A stretch of 64,000 nucleotides of DNA. Source: Polyangiaceae bacterium UTPRO1 (GTDB lineage Bacteria > Desulfobacterota > Binatia > UTPRO1). The notes beneath the pieces were generated by a model. That model made no database searches, had not been told where the DNA came from, and saw only the letters and a list, made by a program, of their open reading frames with translations. How positions within the stretch are numbered: the stretch's first letter is position 1; each line of letters begins with the position of its first letter. The DNA lies in the NCBI GenBank assembly GCA_002050235.1, contig MWST01000033.1:1986-65985 (forward strand), read 5' to 3'. Positions 63,065-64,000 of the stretch are shown here, in pieces. Both the position numbers and the translations under genes were made by a program.

Positions 63065-64000
63065 CGCCGCAGGCGATGGCCGCGACCCTCGCCGACCTCG
63101 CTATCGTCGTCGTGACCTGGCAGAACGCCGACGACGTGCCGCCGCTCCTGGCGTCGCTGGCGCCGGCGCTCGCCGCCGGCGCCGAACTGGTCGTCGTCGA
63201 CAATGCTTCGACCGATGCCACGGTCGCAGCGGTGCGCCGGGGCGCGTCGGCGGCGCGGATCGTCGTCAACGACAGCAACCGCGGCTTCGCCGCCGCAGCC
63301 AACCAGGGCTTCGCGGCGAGCCGGCGGCCGTTCGTGCTGTTCCTGAACCCGGATGCGGCCGTTGCTCCCGACGCCATCCCGCTGGCGCTCGCGCACCTCG
63401 AGCGCGAGCCCGCGGTCGCGGTGGTCGGCTGCCGCACGTTGAACACCGACGGCTCGCCGCAGCCGACCGTCGACCGCTTCCACAGCGTGCGCGCTCTCGT
63501 CGCCGCGGCGCTCGGCGCGCGGCGCCGCGGGCCGCGCGGCACGGCGCCGGCGGCTAGCGGGCTCGTCGACTGGGTGTACGGCTCCTTCCTGCTCGCGCGC
63601 CGCGCCGCGCTCGCACCGCTTGGCGGCTTCGACGAGGCCTACGAGATGTACGGCGAGGACCTCGACCTCTGCCATCGCCTCACGGCCGCCGGCTGGCGGA
63701 TCGCTTACTGCGCCGAAGCGACCATGGTGCACCACGGCAACCGGAGCGGCGCGGTCCGCTACGGCAGCGATCGCGATCGCGCCGTCCTGCGGGGCACCCT
63801 GCGCTTCTTCCGGCGCCGGCGCGGACGCCTCGCGGAGCTCGCTTTCCGGGCGGCAGCGGCGGCGGCTTTCGCCGGCAAAGGCGCTGCGGCGGCGTGGGCG
63901 GCGCGGCGCGGCGATGCCGCGGCCGTAGCGCGCGCGCGCCGCTATCTCGGCATGGTCGGGCTCTGCCTCGGCGGCGATGCCGCCGGCCGCCGCGCCGATC
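63061..64000 (+). CDS. GT2 family glycosyltransferase, 3'-truncated at window edge
   Basis: Hand-translated (no ORF-track entry because it has no stop): VTPQAMAATLADLAIVVVTWQNADDVPPLLASL...LVVVDNASTDAT...NRGFAAAANQG...YGEDLDLCHRL; GTG overlaps the preceding TGA. Confidence 0.7.
   Translation, partial: MTPQAMAATLADLAIVVVTWQNADDVPPLLASLAPALAAGAELVVVDNASTDATVAAVRRGASAARIVVNDSNRGFAAAANQGFAASRRPFVLFLNPDAAVAPDAIPLALAHLEREPAVAVVGCRTLNTDGSPQPTVDRFHSVRALVAAALGARRRGPRGTAPAASGLVDWVYGSFLLARRAALAPLGGFDEAYEMYGEDLDLCHRLTAAGWRIAYCAEATMVHHGNRSGAVRYGSDRDRAVLRGTLRFFRRRRGRLAELAFRAAAAAAFAGKGAAAAWAARRGDAAAVARARRYLGMVGLCLGGDAAGRRAD

Overview
This is 64 kb of high-GC (about 70%) bacterial chromosome. All of the roughly 75 recognisable genes lie on the + strand, with almost no intergenic space.

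The window falls into three blocks.

1. 1-14.0 kb holds the S10-spc-alpha ribosomal super-operon. It runs from rplD (5' truncated) through rplO-secY-adk-map-infA-rpmJ-rpsM-rpsK-rpsD-rpoA-rplQ.

2. 14.1-27.9 kb is housekeeping: argS, a SPOR-domain protein, a complete overlapping trpEGDCFBA operon, accD, folC and lptD.

3. 27.9-64 kb is an accessory envelope locus, laid out in order as follows.
- It opens with rmlA-rmlC-rmlB (no rmlD) and gmd-rmd, the GDP-D-rhamnose route.
- Next comes a complete type II secretion-like cluster, gspE-[GT2-AlkP-GT4]-gspF-G-H-I-J-K-L-M-(GspC/PilP-like)-gspD.
- The secretin gene is apparently co-transcribed with a TPR-containing GT-C membrane protein and a Wzm/Wzt O-polysaccharide ABC exporter.
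- The rest of the locus holds a DUF4878-like lipoprotein, a Cys-containing secreted protein with its own promoter, leader and terminator, a BNR-repeat lipoprotein, YfhO-like and ArnT/PMT-like GT-C enzymes, a two-domain methyltransferase, two GT2 genes and a Tat-signal protein.

No rRNA, tRNA, CRISPR array or mobile element is recognisable.

The most interesting feature is the physical and apparently transcriptional fusion of a T2SS with two glycan systems: polyprenyl-phosphate-sugar / GT-C glycosylation machinery, and an ABC-transporter-dependent (Pseudomonas CPA-like D-rhamnan) polysaccharide pathway. All coordinates were derived by arithmetic from the supplied ORF track and by reading the sequence. 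No database search was possible.
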